In this document: positions 1 to 13,395 of the stretch, piece after piece
Layout: the number at the start of each line of letters is the position of its first letter
Position numbering within the stretch: position 1 is the first letter of the stretch
Source: Podarcis filfolensis
Lineage: Eukaryota
Assembly (NCBI GenBank): GCA_964270895.1
Contig: OZ185438.1
Length of the DNA stretch: 64,000 nt
Strand: one strand, 5' to 3'
Position numbers and translations under genes: made by a program
Notes under the pieces: model-generated
What the model saw: the letters and a program-made list of their open reading frames with translations, nothing else
Told to the model about the DNA's origin: nothing
Database searches by the model: none

Positions 1-223
1 GCAAGCTGGTAATTGGTTGTCTGTGTTCAGCTATCGCTGTCAGAGGTTTTATACAACCTCAGAAAATATAAATAGTCCTTGGAGAATCATGGAATACAAT
101 AGATGCAATTCCTAACATGAAGGTTTGTAGCTCGGGGTGGAATGATCTGTCTGAAGATCAAATTCCCCCTTCTCCTTCATGCTGCTTACATTGTTGGGTC
201 TTTTTAAAACATTTATTTTAGCT

Positions 224-278
224 TTTTGTTTTGTTTTGTTTTGTTTTGTTTTGTTTTGTTTTGTTTTGTTTTGTTTTG
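224..278 (+). repeat. (TTTTG)n microsatellite, ~11 units
   Basis: Direct: uninterrupted TTTTG tandem array. Confidence 0.97.
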
Positions 279-454
279 AAAATGTATAACGCAAACTGCA
301 TCATTGATGCTGGCACAGAAATCCCATGGGCAATTTCCTGGAAGCAAAAGATTTCAGGTGATACAATCATAGCGGTGGAAAGTGACTGCAAAATAATGTT
401 ATTATTGGGGGGGGGGTAGACTGTATGTGAGATCTAACACCAGGATACCGCAAG

Positions 455-895
455 TGTTAAAATATAGGCCAGGTTAGCTTTCTGTGTTGAGGTGATAGCC
501 TGGGTGATAGGCCATTATGGGAAGGAAAGGAAGGGGCCCTGCGTGAGACAGCAAATGGCTGAGGTCGCGGTTACTTACAAAGCCAGAGTTTGGAGTTGAG
601 TTGCAGTGATGTGCACTAGAAGCAAAGCAGCAATCTGGGGAGCAAGAAGCAGAGCAATGATTGATTTCTGTTTGAATCCAAGGCTGTGGCTATGGGAGAA
701 TCAAGACCCTTTTGGGAGAAACAAGACCCTCCATCGCAGGCTCAGGTTGTATATACATATGTGTAAATGAAGCATATATCACAAAGACAGCACAATCTCC
801 GCTGTGCCTCACTCCCAAAGGAAACACGAACCCCGAGTAGGTGCCTGAAAGCCCTGGAATCTAGCACCGTTTGGAGACTGGAGTGATGTGCAATA
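455..895 (+). mobile_element. Probable solo LTR
   Basis: Begins TGTT and ends TGCAATA (TG...CA-like); degenerate polyA-like motif (tgtaaatgaagc) near 773-784; internal repeat 'aagaccct' x2. Resembles a lacertid solo-LTR family from memory. No TSD found, so ends are approximate. Confidence 0.45.
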
Positions 896-2316
896 ATAAT
901 TTAATCCAACCCACTGCCCTAAAACATCATTAGCTAACACCAGGATTACATGATCCTGCGTTGTATCTGAAGATCAAATGCATGAGGAAATTAGGCAGAA
1001 ACAAGCCTAGGAAGGGAATTCAGATGAGAGAGAGAAATTAATCACCACCGAAACTAGATAGTTAATTGTATAACTTACTATGCAATTGGGCACTGAAGCA
1101 ACAAGTAGGGGAGCAGAATGTGTTTAGAAGTGTCTGTCTTCTATGGGGATTCTGAGCACCTGAAGAGGGCTTAAGGCTGCAGTTTTAGGCATACTTGGTT
1201 CTTAGCTAGGTTTCATTTATCTCCAAGAGATTTCTATAATAGCATAAACATGTTTAGAACTAGGTTTTGAGACTAGAAAACCTCCAATTAAATAGTTATT
1301 TCATTCCATTTAGGAATTGCATCCATAAAATATATCAAAGCAATTCCACAGTAGCAACAATCAACAATAAAACAATGAAAAGGGGTTCCATTTCTACAAG
1401 CAATTAATAACAATTCCATATATGAAAAGAAAAAAAAGAAAAAAACCCATTTCATATTCGAAAACAATTCACATCCTGTAGAGATGTCAACTGGAATAAA
1501 GGTCTCCACTTAAAAGGCTTGCTGAAAGATCTTCAATAGGCAAAAGACAATACACTCACAGTCCCACAAAAATGCATAAATCAAAATTACAGTGTTCAAG
1601 AAAAGCGCTAGGAAAATGCATTTCAAGACATAAACGGCTGCTTGCTGGTTCAGACGTGGCGTCATCTAGCCCACATTCTGTTTTGCAGGGGCTGGCCCTT
1701 CCATTAGGCAGCATGAGACAGCTGCCTTTGGGTGTCACGAAAGTGCAACAAATTCTTAGTCATTTAATTTACCAGGATTGTATTTTTATAGCCAGGGAAG
1801 TGGAGAGGTGCTTGTGAGATTTTCTGTCTCAGGTCTCACAACCACTAGCCTTAGATACTTATGCGCTTTGACTTTGGAGGCAGGGAAATACAATTTGCTC
1901 CTCCTCTGGATTTAAGATGTCTTGGACCAGCCTTGGTTTCTACCAGTGACCAGCCAGGTGGCTTTGGAACTTGTGTCTTGGTGTTTTCCTCCATCTTTAT
2001 GTCTAGAGATCTTTTCAAGGCCATTTAAGCAGCCTTGCAGGACATCTTCAGAGAAGAAAAGGCTAAAGAGTAAACCCTACACAAATCTGGAATCCCTAAG
2101 ATGATTGGATGGCGTCTTGTATGCCTTCTTCTGGCAACTCCTGCAGCAAAGCTGGGCCAAACATATTGCTCTGCTTTCCTTTGGACCACATCAGTGAGGC
2201 AAAGGGGAAGGGCCTTGTCATCCGGGCAGCCCAGGAACCTCCCTCCATGGCTTCTGCCCAAAATAGCTATGGCCAACCAGCAAAACACAAACAAATAAGG
2301 GAGCAAAATAAAAATA

Positions 2317-2476
2317 AAAATCCTTCCAGTAGCACCTTAGAGACCAACTTAGTTTGTTAATGGTATGAGGTTTTGTGTGCATGCAAACTTAGTTGGTCTC
2401 TAAGGTGCTACTGGAAGGATTTTAATTTTTTTTGTTTCAACTATGGCAAGACCAACACAGCTACCTACCTGTAAAT
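2317..2476. mobile_element. Penelope-like element terminal fragment in inverted (foldback) arrangement
   Basis: Direct: perfect 33-bp inverted repeat, 2317-2349 vs 2391-2423 (aaaatccttccagtagcaccttagagaccaact), extendable to 40 bp with 1 mismatch. From memory, 'gtagcaccttagagaccaact' and 'ctatggc(a)agaccaacac(a/g)gctacc' match reptile Penelope termini. Confidence 0.7.
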
Positions 2477-3321
2477 AAGTGAGCAGACAAACTCTGGCTG
2501 TTTGGATATCTGAATCAGTCATTTGTGTCATGAGGTTTGGGTATAATTCTTTGTGTTCAGATAACAGATGTCAGATAATGAATGTTCCAATAGCAGGACC
2601 TGCACGTATAAAGCTGTTTCATGTGTGCACATAGACAGTTCAAATATTACATTTGAGACTTCTGGGTAGTGCATAGTATGACTCTGTCTTACCAACTTTT
2701 CTAGCATCTTTGCTGAGTGATTTGCCTCAAAGATTTGTTCCTTTCCTTAGGATAGTAGTTAATTGATAAGCTGAGAGTGCATTTCTTTTATAAGCTATTT
2801 GCACATTTTATTGGGCATTAAATGACATCATGGTACCCAAATGAAAATGAGCATTTGTAAATATGCTTTGAGATTAAATAAAAGCTCCGCATTAACAGCT
2901 TAAATAAATTACCTGTTTCTTTTTAGAACATTCACATGAGGGCAAAAGAGGTAGTAGATAGTGACACTGAATGTCAAATCAGTCCTGCAAGTGATACATT
3001 TCATGCTTTTTGTTTTGATGCTGTTACATGCTCCCCACTTCGCTAAGTGGTAGGGGGTTCTGGGGCAACATTACAAGGTTTAGAAGTTTACTTTGGGTGA
3101 GAAAGCCTTCTAGAGAAGATGGGTATCATTTTTAGAGCAGTTGCTTATTTACAAATATACAATCAGAGCATGTTGGAAGCAAAGATGCACTCTGACATAA
3201 GGCAGCGAATCCCAGAATCACAGCACACTACACAAATTTTCACGGCAATTTCTAGCCAGCTCCAACTAGAACTCTCTCTGTGTCAGTTCAAATGCCAAAC
3301 CTACAGCCCTCTGTATCTGTG

Positions 3322-3322
<1 letters not shown>

Positions 3323-3378
<56 letters not shown>
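3323..3378 (+). repeat. Compound (CT)n(CA)n microsatellite
   Basis: Direct: ~20 CT followed by ~8 CA. Confidence 0.95.
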
Positions 3379-6097
3379 AACACAGTCTTTTTCTCAAACC
3401 CCACACATCCAGGTATATCGCCTATTTGGAGAACTATCAGTAGCCATTAGCAATCTTTTGTCAACACTCTGATCACCATTTTCCATTGTGACCAGGCTAG
3501 TCGAATTCACAGCAATACTTAATTTTATTCAATCTTTATTTTCATTTTCATCAAATTATGTCTTCTGACTAGCTCAGGTCTGTGCAACTTACAGCTCTCA
3601 AAGTTGAACTCAGCCCATCAACCATATTGTGTGGCATTCCAGGGTCCTGAACGCTTCTCACAACCCAAATCTCACTGTATCTCACTCCTAGGAAGGCAGC
3701 AAAAGCTCTTGTTGGACAAATTTTGTGGTTGGTGGGTCACAAATTATGCAAATCTGAAATAGGAGAACCAGGTGTTGAAGACTCTGAATGGCACACTTTC
3801 CATTACTGCAAATGAGAATGGAATATGTGAAGCTATTGTGATTCTGAGGACTATGGTCAAATCCAAACAAACCAACAGGGAGATAGCTTGTCTCTAGCAC
3901 AGGATTTCAACCTCTCATTTCTGAGTCACAGTGCTTGCTGATTACCCTGAAACTGCTCTTAAAATCCCTTCACTGGACAAGGTCCAATGGCTGAAGCTCC
4001 ATGTATGTTTCTATGAGCACCAAGATGAAAAATGGTGAGATATCTTTTTTAAAAATGTAGTAAACAGTAATAAATATTTGTAAAATTAAAGTAGGGTTTG
4101 GATAGGTAACTTTTGTTCCATAAAATACCAGCTACCTGGCACAAACCAAGGGAAATGCTATCTAAAATCCCAAATGATTTTTTTAAATTTAAGATATTTG
4201 TTAGGTGTGTGTGTCAATATAGATCTTATGAAAGAGTTATGTGTGTGATGGCAGGTAGATAAAGCTGCTTATTCACATGCCTGCCTCCTGCAAAAGTCCT
4301 ACTAGTCCCAGAGAGATGCTCTTTGTGCTGCTTTGGAAAGCAGTCATAAGCAGTGCAACACTGATTTCTCTAGCATGGTACAGTTGTGCCCTCTCCTGCT
4401 CTGCTCTTTTAACAAACAAAGTTGTCTTTGTGACACTGGTTCACCTTTAAGAAGTATGTGCATAGCGGAGGTGATGTTGACTTTGTATAACATAGCTAAG
4501 TAGATCTCCTTCTGGTTCCTTCCATCTTCAAGATTTTTCTATTATTTATCCCTGACAGGTAGGCTTGATTTTGTTCACCCTGGCACAATTAATATGTAGA
4601 TCCTGCTCACATCCCCACATACAAGTCACACATCACAAAATATAAGTAGAATTGCTGTCTCAAACTTGGGACCTTTCCATCTGTGGTTGAAGTAGGAAAC
4701 AAAGCAGCCAGAGTTCTTCCAGTCTGTTCCTGCACTGAACCTGTTGTCCAGATCCATTCTTGCTTGCTGAGATGGGCATCACCCCAGGTTACTCCTATAT
4801 AGCAAGTGACCAAGGCCCAAGGTTAGTCATACTGCATGTATAAATTATGTACATTAATCATGTGCCTTTGGATTATATGTTTCAAATCTGTATCTTTTTA
4901 GAGTTTTCTTCCTCTCTAAATAGTACCAGAAGAGTTCTCTACTGGAACGTGATAGTGGTCCATCTTAATTTAAGTGGGAAACAAACATCATAAACTTTGA
5001 ATTAAGAACCCTGGATTCAACAAGGATAAATTAATTATTGCATACTATAATTCATAGGTAAATCCATAGTGCCCTACAATTAATGTACACAAAGTATTGG
5101 AGGGTTACAAAGGGTACAGACCATGAAATTATACTCATATACTCAATTAACACTCACATCACAGTTAATTATGGTGAGGACATTTTAACAATGCCCTTTT
5201 CAACCACCTTGTGAAGGTTCCTTGATATGTGTGAAATAAATGATTCCCCAAGGGTGATTAAGGAAGGTCTCTCTTAAGTTTGCCGATGCTGACAACTTTT
5301 CTAATGGATGTTATCAAGCATGGAATGGCAGCATACGTTCATTTGACTGGGTGGAGGGATCAGCCAGTCCTTCAGCATCGATTATCTGCTTACTGGCATA
5401 CACACAAAGAAGAAACATTCTTATGTAGCAGAAGCTTTTAATGACCTGAAACGTGAAGTTCCATTGATTAGGACCTATTAACAGAAGCAAATTGAAAATC
5501 TGAAGGTGGATTGTGTATGTGTGCTTTGAATTGTGCTCCTGGAAAGTGGTTGGAGAAATGGCTTCCATGAGAAACAACAATTCACAAGCTTGTAGCATCA
5601 TACTGAAAAGTGCTGAAAGCTGTGAGTTGATAAATGGCATTGGCCAGGTTAAGATGGTGAAGCAGCCATTTTCCCCTTCTAGGATGGCCACAGTTTGGCC
5701 TCATTTCACACTTTTTTGTGAACTGGTTCTTAATGATGCTTTACTTCTTTCCTTTTATAGATGCGTGCTTAAGGGGGTTTGCCAATTTTAGAAATGTTTC
5801 CTTCATTCTTCATTTAAATGTCACATGAACTCTAAATCATTACCCTAACTCAAAAATCTAATAGCTGATGTTGGATAGCAATTTAGCGTTTCGTACATTT
5901 TGCGATAATTTTACAAATTCATTAAATCAATGGCTAGTTTTAAAAAGCAGACAATTTTATGTCTAAATCTGATATCATGGTCCAAAATCCAGACTGCAAA
6001 CATTGTGAATTCTTCAAATTAAAATTTCTCAGAATACGATTATAGATCAAAATGTAAATGGGTACGACAAGCAAATACAACAGCAACAAACACATAG

Positions 6098-6465
6098 TAG
6101 GAGTGGGGGAAATTAGGGTTGCACAGTTCCTGGAAAGGTAAGCGAATCAAAGTGAATTTTTCAATTCTTTAGCTTTTGTGATACAGTTGTGTACAGTGTG
6201 TGTGTGTGTGTGTGTGTGTGCCCATGTGTATATAACACATACAAAATTGCATCATGTTAGGGGACATTGCTTGCAAAAATGTGGATGTTAGGCAAAAGTG
6301 TATATATACATAAATGTGTATATTGTGGAAATGTGCACTACAACGTTGATGATTATTTTATGAGGAAGTTTTGTTATTGAAAAAACCCCCACAAAAATCA
6401 GAATGTGGGAAACCGATGCCTGGAAAATTTAAGAGCTGGGAGGAACAAAAATTTGTCCATCTGTA
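6098..6465 (+). mobile_element. Degenerate non-autonomous repeat (TAGGGATG...CATCCCTA-like termini, probably DNA-transposon derived)
   Basis: Aligns by eye to the reverse complement of 12950-13075 (attgc(t)ttgcaaaaatgt...aaatgtgt.tatt...gagga); termini taggagtg/catctgta. Contains a (TG)n at ~6197-6220. Confidence 0.55.
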
Positions 6466-6479
6466 GTGAATAGTACATA

Positions 6480-6836
6480 AAGGTAAAGGGTAAAGGGACC
6501 CCTGACCATTAGGTCCAGTCATGACCGACTCTGGGGTTGCGGTGCTCATCTCGCTTTATTGGCCGAGGGAGCCTGCGTACAGCTTCCGGGTCATGTGGCC
6601 AGCAGGACTAAGCCGCTTCTGGCGAGCCAGAGCAGCACATGGAAATGCTGTTTACCTTCCCGCCGGAGCGATACCTATTTATCTACTTGCACTTTGATGT
6701 GCTTTCGAACTGCTAGGTTGGCAGGAACAGGGACTGAACAATGGGAGCTCACCCCATTGCGGGGATTCAAACCGCCGATCTTCAGATTGGCAAGTCCTAG
6801 GCTCTGTGGTTTAACCCACAGCACCACCTGTGTCCC
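6480..6836 (-). mobile_element. Sauria SINE, full length
   Basis: tRNA-like head (gggacacaggtggtgctgtgggttaaacc), typical body and (ACCTTT)n tail; perfect 12-bp TSD gaatagtacata at 6468-6479 and 6839-6850. Confidence 0.95.
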
Positions 6837-9800
6837 AGGAATAGTACATACATGGGTCCAAAAAACATTTCATCCTTACAACTAAGTTCTCAATTGCTCT
6901 TTATTTCCATTTTACACAAGGAGAACCGAAGCTGAAAAAATTTAACTTACCTTGTTTCTACCTGGGAAATTGTGCCTCTGTTGTTTTTTCAACACTTGTC
7001 TCCCAGCCAAAATCTTCCAGATCTGTGTCTTAGCCTTCACATTTCGAATCCATCAAAATGGACCCCTTTTTTGTTCTCTGGAGTCTTGGAAAGACTTTTC
7101 ATTATGCCATACATGCTACAAAGGACTACAGGAAGTAAAGTCACCTGCCAAAGAGGCTAAAAAAGGAGAGTCTATTTTGTCTTAACAGATGCTGCTGGTG
7201 ATTAATTAGCTCCTTTCCATAGCTGTCAAGTTATGCAGTTTGACTCTATGACACATGACTTTGAACCTATTCACCTGAGTATATATGCACAGCTCTGCTG
7301 TTCAGTTGATATATTCCTTTCTTTTTCATTCTTGTGAGAGAGGGGAAATGAAATGAATATTTTCATCAAGGTAATGGCTTACAGTTCATGGCTGGCTTGC
7401 AGAGGTTGCACACCTGACCTATTTTCCAATAAGACTAAAAGCAAATAAGGTTCTTTAGTCCTTCAGCGCATGACAATCATGCAAAAGAGTATCAAATCGA
7501 TAATAGGAATCTAATAATTTAATTGACTGTAGGCAAAATGAGAAAATAAAAATTTCCAGTTTCCTTTGTCAAAATTTCGTGAGGACAGTTTATGTTTCTA
7601 CATTTTTTTAAAAAAAATCAATATTTTCCCCGACAAATGTATTGAGCAAATCCTCATTGGGGGGGAAAATGAGACTAACAAACAAGCAGCTATCATGGAG
7701 GTTGATAATGAAACCAGTCACACCTGTCATAAAAAAAAATATCAATCTCCTTTTATCACTAGCATGATTTATTATATGTAAAACCCTACTAAGATATTTT
7801 TCCCATTTAATAGCCTTCAGTTTTCACTGAATTTCCTCAAGGTGCATTTCTGCTCAGTCTGACTCACCTTGATTTGATTTTATTTATTTTTAGGCCAGTG
7901 ATATGCAGGACCTCACCCACAAAGTTTCATTAGTTTGATCAAACATCTCCACAAAAGTTTCTCTGTCATTTAAAATGAGGAAGAATCTCTGTATCTGCCT
8001 CAAATTCAGTTGGAAGGAAATGAAGTGGTAACTCCAGACGGAAAAAATGAAGTCTGCTCCACGAGCAAATAGTGTAGTTTGGGCATTTATATCAGCACAG
8101 AGTACATACTATGGAGAATAATTGCTAAGAGAAATACTGCTTGACTCATAATACAGCAGAGAATTACAACCCGGACAAATTCATATATTGAACCAGATAT
8201 TAATCAAATGGTGTTGTGGCCATCAAATGATAAACTTGCATGTGTGAACCAGGCATTAGTCACTGGCATTTCTATTTCTGAATTTTCATGCAGCGCCGCA
8301 GCATTGTGAAGAGATGATATCTAGTGGGAGAGATTTAGAAAAAGCAACCAATAACTCAGTGGCAGATGGAAGGCAGCAACTTCCAGGAAGTGACTCAGCT
8401 CAACAGCAGGGAAAACAGAAGAGACTCAGAGCAGAGGAAATTAAGTATGAAATGAACCAAATAAACCTTTGCTTCATATAGGCATGCGTCAATTCACCTC
8501 AAGGGGGCTCAACCCTTTTTCGGGCCTCAGACAAGGGTGCTCAAAGGACCAATGATTTGCTCCAAGACACCGTGCTCAAAATGTTGGGGAATCCTCAACT
8601 GCTGGTCACTGAGTTCTGCAGCTGCTGTCTCCACGTCCTTCCCTCTCAAGGGCCAGCATGGGTGATAGCAACTGTGGAGGCACTGAGGGACGCTTGAAGT
8701 GCGGTTGACTAGGACTTGGACCATAACACTCACCAAGCATGACTATATTAGGCCCATAACTCCCTGCAAACTCCTTGATAAAGTAGCTGTGATGTCCCTA
8801 TCTCTCTATTATTCCTGAATTGTTCTTGAAATATGAATAGAGCATCTGCGCCCTCTCAGCGTGAAGAGATTCTGACTGCCTTTTGCCTTTTTTGTTAGGC
8901 TGGAGCTGAGAGGCCTAGCTGTTCTGTTCTGGGCTTCTTCTCCTTCCCACCAAACACAAAAGCTAAAGGAAGTCAAACTTAGAGTTCAGTTGCCACCTCC
9001 CTGCAAGGTTGAGGAGGGATGGCGGGGAGAGAAGCAGCCAGAGTGGACTTGGTAGTATCTGCATCTGTGTCTCCTCAAATGGAAAGTCAGATTGGTAATA
9101 GCCAGATAACGGAAATCATCAAAAGTTCCTAAGAAGGTAGCAGGGCTTACATGGAACATTGCTTTATTGGAACATATGATCAGACAAAGACATGCAGCTT
9201 AGGGTGAAGCCCAATCAGAAAGTTTGGGTGTGGACTGATTTCAATTTTTAAATTATATAAATAGTGAGAGTCATGTAAGTACTCCTTCCATGACTCACTC
9301 CTTAAAACAACCAAAATGCTTGGGCTGCATAGACCTATCTTAAAATCTTGGCTATATGTAACTGCATCTCTGTAATTTGTTTGTTTATGATAAATCAATT
9401 AAAAAAATAGATTGGAAAAGAAGAAGGGGAAGTCAGAATAGATTTTTTTAATAACAAAAAAAATATATCATCATTTCTTTCATTTTCATGGGTGTTCGCA
9501 TGCTCATAAGCACACAAATTTCACACCTGAAGTCTTTCATGTGGATAGAACATAGGATCCTGGGAAGAAATTTAGCATTTAAATTTCTATCCCACTAGGA
9601 ATATGTCCCACTGTTTCTATGACACAGATTAATGACACTTTCAGATAATTACAGCTAAACTAGGTTCCCTTTCTCTAGCACGCTTAGCAAAGGGTTCATC
9701 AAATGCTTCCTTAGTGGTGAGAGGAATGATAGATTTGTATTCCATTATTCAGACTCCCAGAAAACTTTTTTTAAAATAATAATAATTAAAAAATAAAATC

Positions 9801-10996
9801 ATGATTGAACCTGCTCACCCCTCCTTCAAGATTTCGCAGTATCCGGCCAATTCCCCCCCCCCCCCATCTCTGTAAGCGTTACAGAAGTTAGCTTACTGGT
9901 GCTCTGTGATTTTACATGCAAATCTGCTTTAGCCATGAACTTCCAGATAGCAGTTTGCAAAGCTGTAAGAAAAGATAAACAGTTTATCCAGTTTAATGAT
10001 ATTTAATGCAGATGTCACCACAATGGTGGCTGGTTGGATCTGTGTCATTAGAATCAAAAGATATGCATGGAGGTTTTTTTTTTACTGCTCTCATTACTGA
10101 TGCTAAGTCCAAAGAGTGTTGATATTACATTGCTAAAGCAGAAACTAGAAATGAAGACTGGGGTGGGGGGTGGAATGAACATTTCAGTTAGAACCTTAAC
10201 ATAAACTAAAGGGAGGGAGGAACTAGCCCAGAGCCAAAGTTAACCTTTTGTCTTTTAGTCATTCCAGTGTGGCAGCTACTGCTATACAAAAATCATTTCT
10301 TTGGATTTTCAATGTACTTTTGAAATCTAGGCCGTTGTATTAGAGTACAAAGCAGGTAATAAACAGCAGCTTTATCTTTCTGTTTTTTACAAGAAGTAAA
10401 TGAAGTCCTTTGAAATTAGACATATGAAAAGCAGCATCAAATACGTGCCTTTTGTGTTTATGTAACCCAAGACGATGTAATTTGCACATGAGCAATTGCC
10501 TGTACTTTCTCAAGGTCCTTCTATTTTAGAATGTTCAGTTTCTAGAGATTTGATAAAGCTGTTAAAAGATGTCAAACAGCTTCTTATGCAACTTGAATGC
10601 TGGAAAGATGAATAAGAGGCATACTGCAAATTGCATAAAGTTTGGGTTCAAACAGAGTGCTTTGGAGTCAATCTGGTTGCGATGTTCAGGACCCTTGCAA
10701 GACATTTCTTTAATCTGCTTGAAGTTCTTTTTTTTTACTCCCCTCTAAGATCCTCTGAATTTATTTTACTCTCCCCTCCCATAAATTCAGCTCAATATTT
10801 TGATTTAGGAGAAATTCATTGGCAATGTCAGGATGTTGCTCAATTCAGAACCTGAGGAAACCTCTGCGAAAGTGGTCCAGAAAAACTAGAAGAATCTGGC
10901 ATAGTTTCAAGGCTTCATCTCATGGATGTCTCACCTACAGATGTAAAATTTCTGGAAATGTTGAAGCTGGGAGGAAAAAGGGCTTTGGGTTTTTCC

Positions 10997-11219
10997 TGGT
11001 ACCTTGGTTTACAACCATAATCCGTTCCGGAGGTCCGTTTGTAAACCAAAACAAGTTGGAACCCAAGGCGCGCTTTCGCCAATGGGGCCTCCAAAAAAAA
11101 TTTGTTCGTAATCCCCCCAAAATGGGTTATGATCCAAAAAAAAGGGTGCAAACCGGGACACGCACTTCCAGGTTTGATGTGTTTGTAATCCAAGACGTAT
11201 GCAAACCAAGGTACCACTG
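10997..11219. mobile_element. Tc1/mariner (Tigger/pogo-like) MITE; left terminus lacks the first 3 nt
   Basis: TIRs tggtaccttggtttac / gcaaaccaaggtaccactg followed by TA; second copy at 46401-46634. Confidence 0.85.
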
Positions 11220-12347
11220 TATATGGAAATTTTCAGGAAAAGGGGGTGGGGTGCAATCCTTTTTTAAAAGTGCTCTTCACACATCAAAAATCACTTTGTT
11301 ACTTTTAGAACATAAAACACATTCTGTAAAACTTGGTTTGCTTTACAGTTATCATGTCTGGTATATTAAAAGTCCAGTTTATTCTATGCCAAACAAAGTG
11401 TGGAACTTTGGAAGCAACTTAGAAGAGGTTATTTTAAAGGTCTAACAGCCTATATTTCCACACTTTGCTGCATGTTTTGCGATTTTAAATCTCTGCTGGG
11501 GCTCTCTCTAGGCAACCAGGGAATTCTCCTTTTGTTATAGCTAGCATTGATACTTTTAACCAAATAACAATTACAAAAACCAACAACAGCAAACAATGGG
11601 GTGTGTCTTAGTTTTTGATCAGCTGACTTCCACTGGTGCTGGGTGGCATTCTTTGCTGATTCCTCTGCAGTTTCCTGCGCTCCCTTAAAAACTGCTCTGG
11701 ATGTGGTGCAGGAAGAGTGGGGGGCTGCAAGAAGACTGGGGAGTTGGCAGAAATCACCACCCTGACCCCTTCCTTCTTGAGAAGACTGTTGGATCCTGGT
11801 TCTCTGCATAAGTGGAAGTAGCCCTACCATTTGCTCAAGAGGATGGCTGGATCCCATCAACTGGTTATTCAAACCAGGTAACAGAAGAAGTGTATGTGCC
11901 TGCAGCATGACCCCGGTCTTTCAAACCATGATTTGGGGAACTGGAGATGTCACATTCATGGGAATTAAATGTTTTAGTTTAGTTGGGTCACTATGAGCTA
12001 TTGGCTATGTGCACTTATTTAAGATAAACTTTTTAAAAAGTTATTCCGCCCAAAACTTATTAGGAGCTGTTACCCCAAAAGTCTGCAAAAAAAAAAAAAA
12101 GTTGCTGGAATTCAACAGTATATTTCCATTGAAATGTGGAATAATTAGTATCCATATAATACAAAAGGCCCATTTTGTGCACACCTTAAAGCAAAGAGAT
12201 TCACAAAGAATAAGTTTGTAATTTGATACCTTAGGTGATATACTATTGCCCTACTTGTTACTATTTTTCCACAAAAGCATTTTTAAACTCTTCCTTTACA
12301 CATCAAGAAGATTAACTCCCAAACATATTTTCAAAATCACAGATAAC

Positions 12348-12349
<2 letters not shown>

Positions 12350-12379
<30 letters not shown>

Positions 12380-12410
12380 CTTCTTCTTCTTCTTCTTCTT
12401 CTTCTTCTTC
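12350..12410 (+). repeat. (CTT)n trinucleotide microsatellite, ~20 units
   Basis: Direct: pure CTT array. Confidence 0.97.
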
Positions 12411-13076
12411 ACCCAAATCACAGTTATTTGAGACGAAGGGGAGAAAATGAAAACTGCATAATAATTATATGTAGATTGAAATCTCCTTCTCATAAAATTG
12501 TTAATGCTTGAAGAGAGACAGAGCTTATTCTTGGGAAGAAAAAGTACAGAAAATCAATCAGTCCAATTTAGTAACAAAGTTCCTTATCAACTCCTACTTT
12601 TGGAATTAAAATATATAATACCAGTCAAGCAAAACTAGTCAATAAAGATTTGTAGATTCCTTTTCTAATTGCACCAAGGCCACAAAGAGCCACCGTACAT
12701 GGATCTCTTAAACACAGGATAGGGAATGGCTGTTGTCTGTGAAAAATTGATTGTGCCCAGTCCATTCCCAGAGCAAGCTCATAATCCGCACCCGCTACCT
12801 TAACTGCTTTGTTACATTTCGGGGTATGCCAGTGGTAGAGATGAACAAATCTCTCAATCTTGGTTCATCTCAATTTCTCCTTTTTCCAATTTTAAGTTCA
12901 GCGCTCCACATTTCCGCGGCACTTTCTGATTTTTTTTTAACATAATGTCCTCGTGAAAATTTATAAGTGATTTACTGCAAATGTCTCCTAATACACACAT
13001 TTGTGTGTACAATTCTGCTCAATATAAACATTTTTGCAAAGCAATTTTCCCTCATTTTTGCATGATATTTTCATTT

Positions 13077-13348
13077 GTTGTTGTTTAATCGTTTAGTCAT
13101 GTCCGACTCTTTGTGACCCCATGGACCAGAGCATGCCAGGCACTCCTGTCTTCCACTGCTTCCTGCAGTTTGGTCAAACTCATGCTGGTAGCTTCAAGAA
13201 CACTGTCCAACCATCTCGTCCTCTGTCGTCCCCTTCTCCTTGTGCCCTCAATCTTTCCCAACATCAGGGTCTTTTCCAGGGAGACTTCTCTTCTCATGAG
13301 GTGGCCCAAGTACTGGAGCCTCAGTTTCACGATCTGTCCTTCCAGTGA
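13077..13348 (-). mobile_element. Bov-B (RTE clade) LINE, 5'-truncated 3' end
   Basis: (CAA)n tail; minus-strand frame LQYLGHLMRREVSLEKTLMLGKIEGTRRRGRQRTRWLDSV is the RTE ORF C-terminus; closely similar to 19010-19280. Confidence 0.95.
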
Positions 13349-13395
13349 TTAGCATGTGCATTTTTAGGCACAATTTACCCCAGTATATGATTACT

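Noticed and set aside
150-980. Short direct repeats ctaacaccagga and ctgaagatcaaat
   Set aside because: Only 12-13 bp, irregularly spaced, and they do not bound a definable element.
963-990. Hammerhead-like CTGAAGA...GAAA
   Set aside because: Stem II closing pair and stems I/III cannot be formed convincingly.
8260-8700. Long frame with one in-frame TAG and a flanking acceptor
   Set aside because: Peptide unrecognised; an intron of ~37 nt would be needed to skip the stop; consistent with chance.
10819-11445. 208-aa plus-strand ORF
   Set aside because: Runs through a MITE (10997-11219), has a non-ATG start in the sequence and no recognisable domain; chance ORF.
11843-11877. Possible first coding exon (Kozak ATG, MAGSHQLVIQT, donor CAG|gtaaca)
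   Set aside because: No compatible downstream exon found, no CpG island and peptide not recognised.
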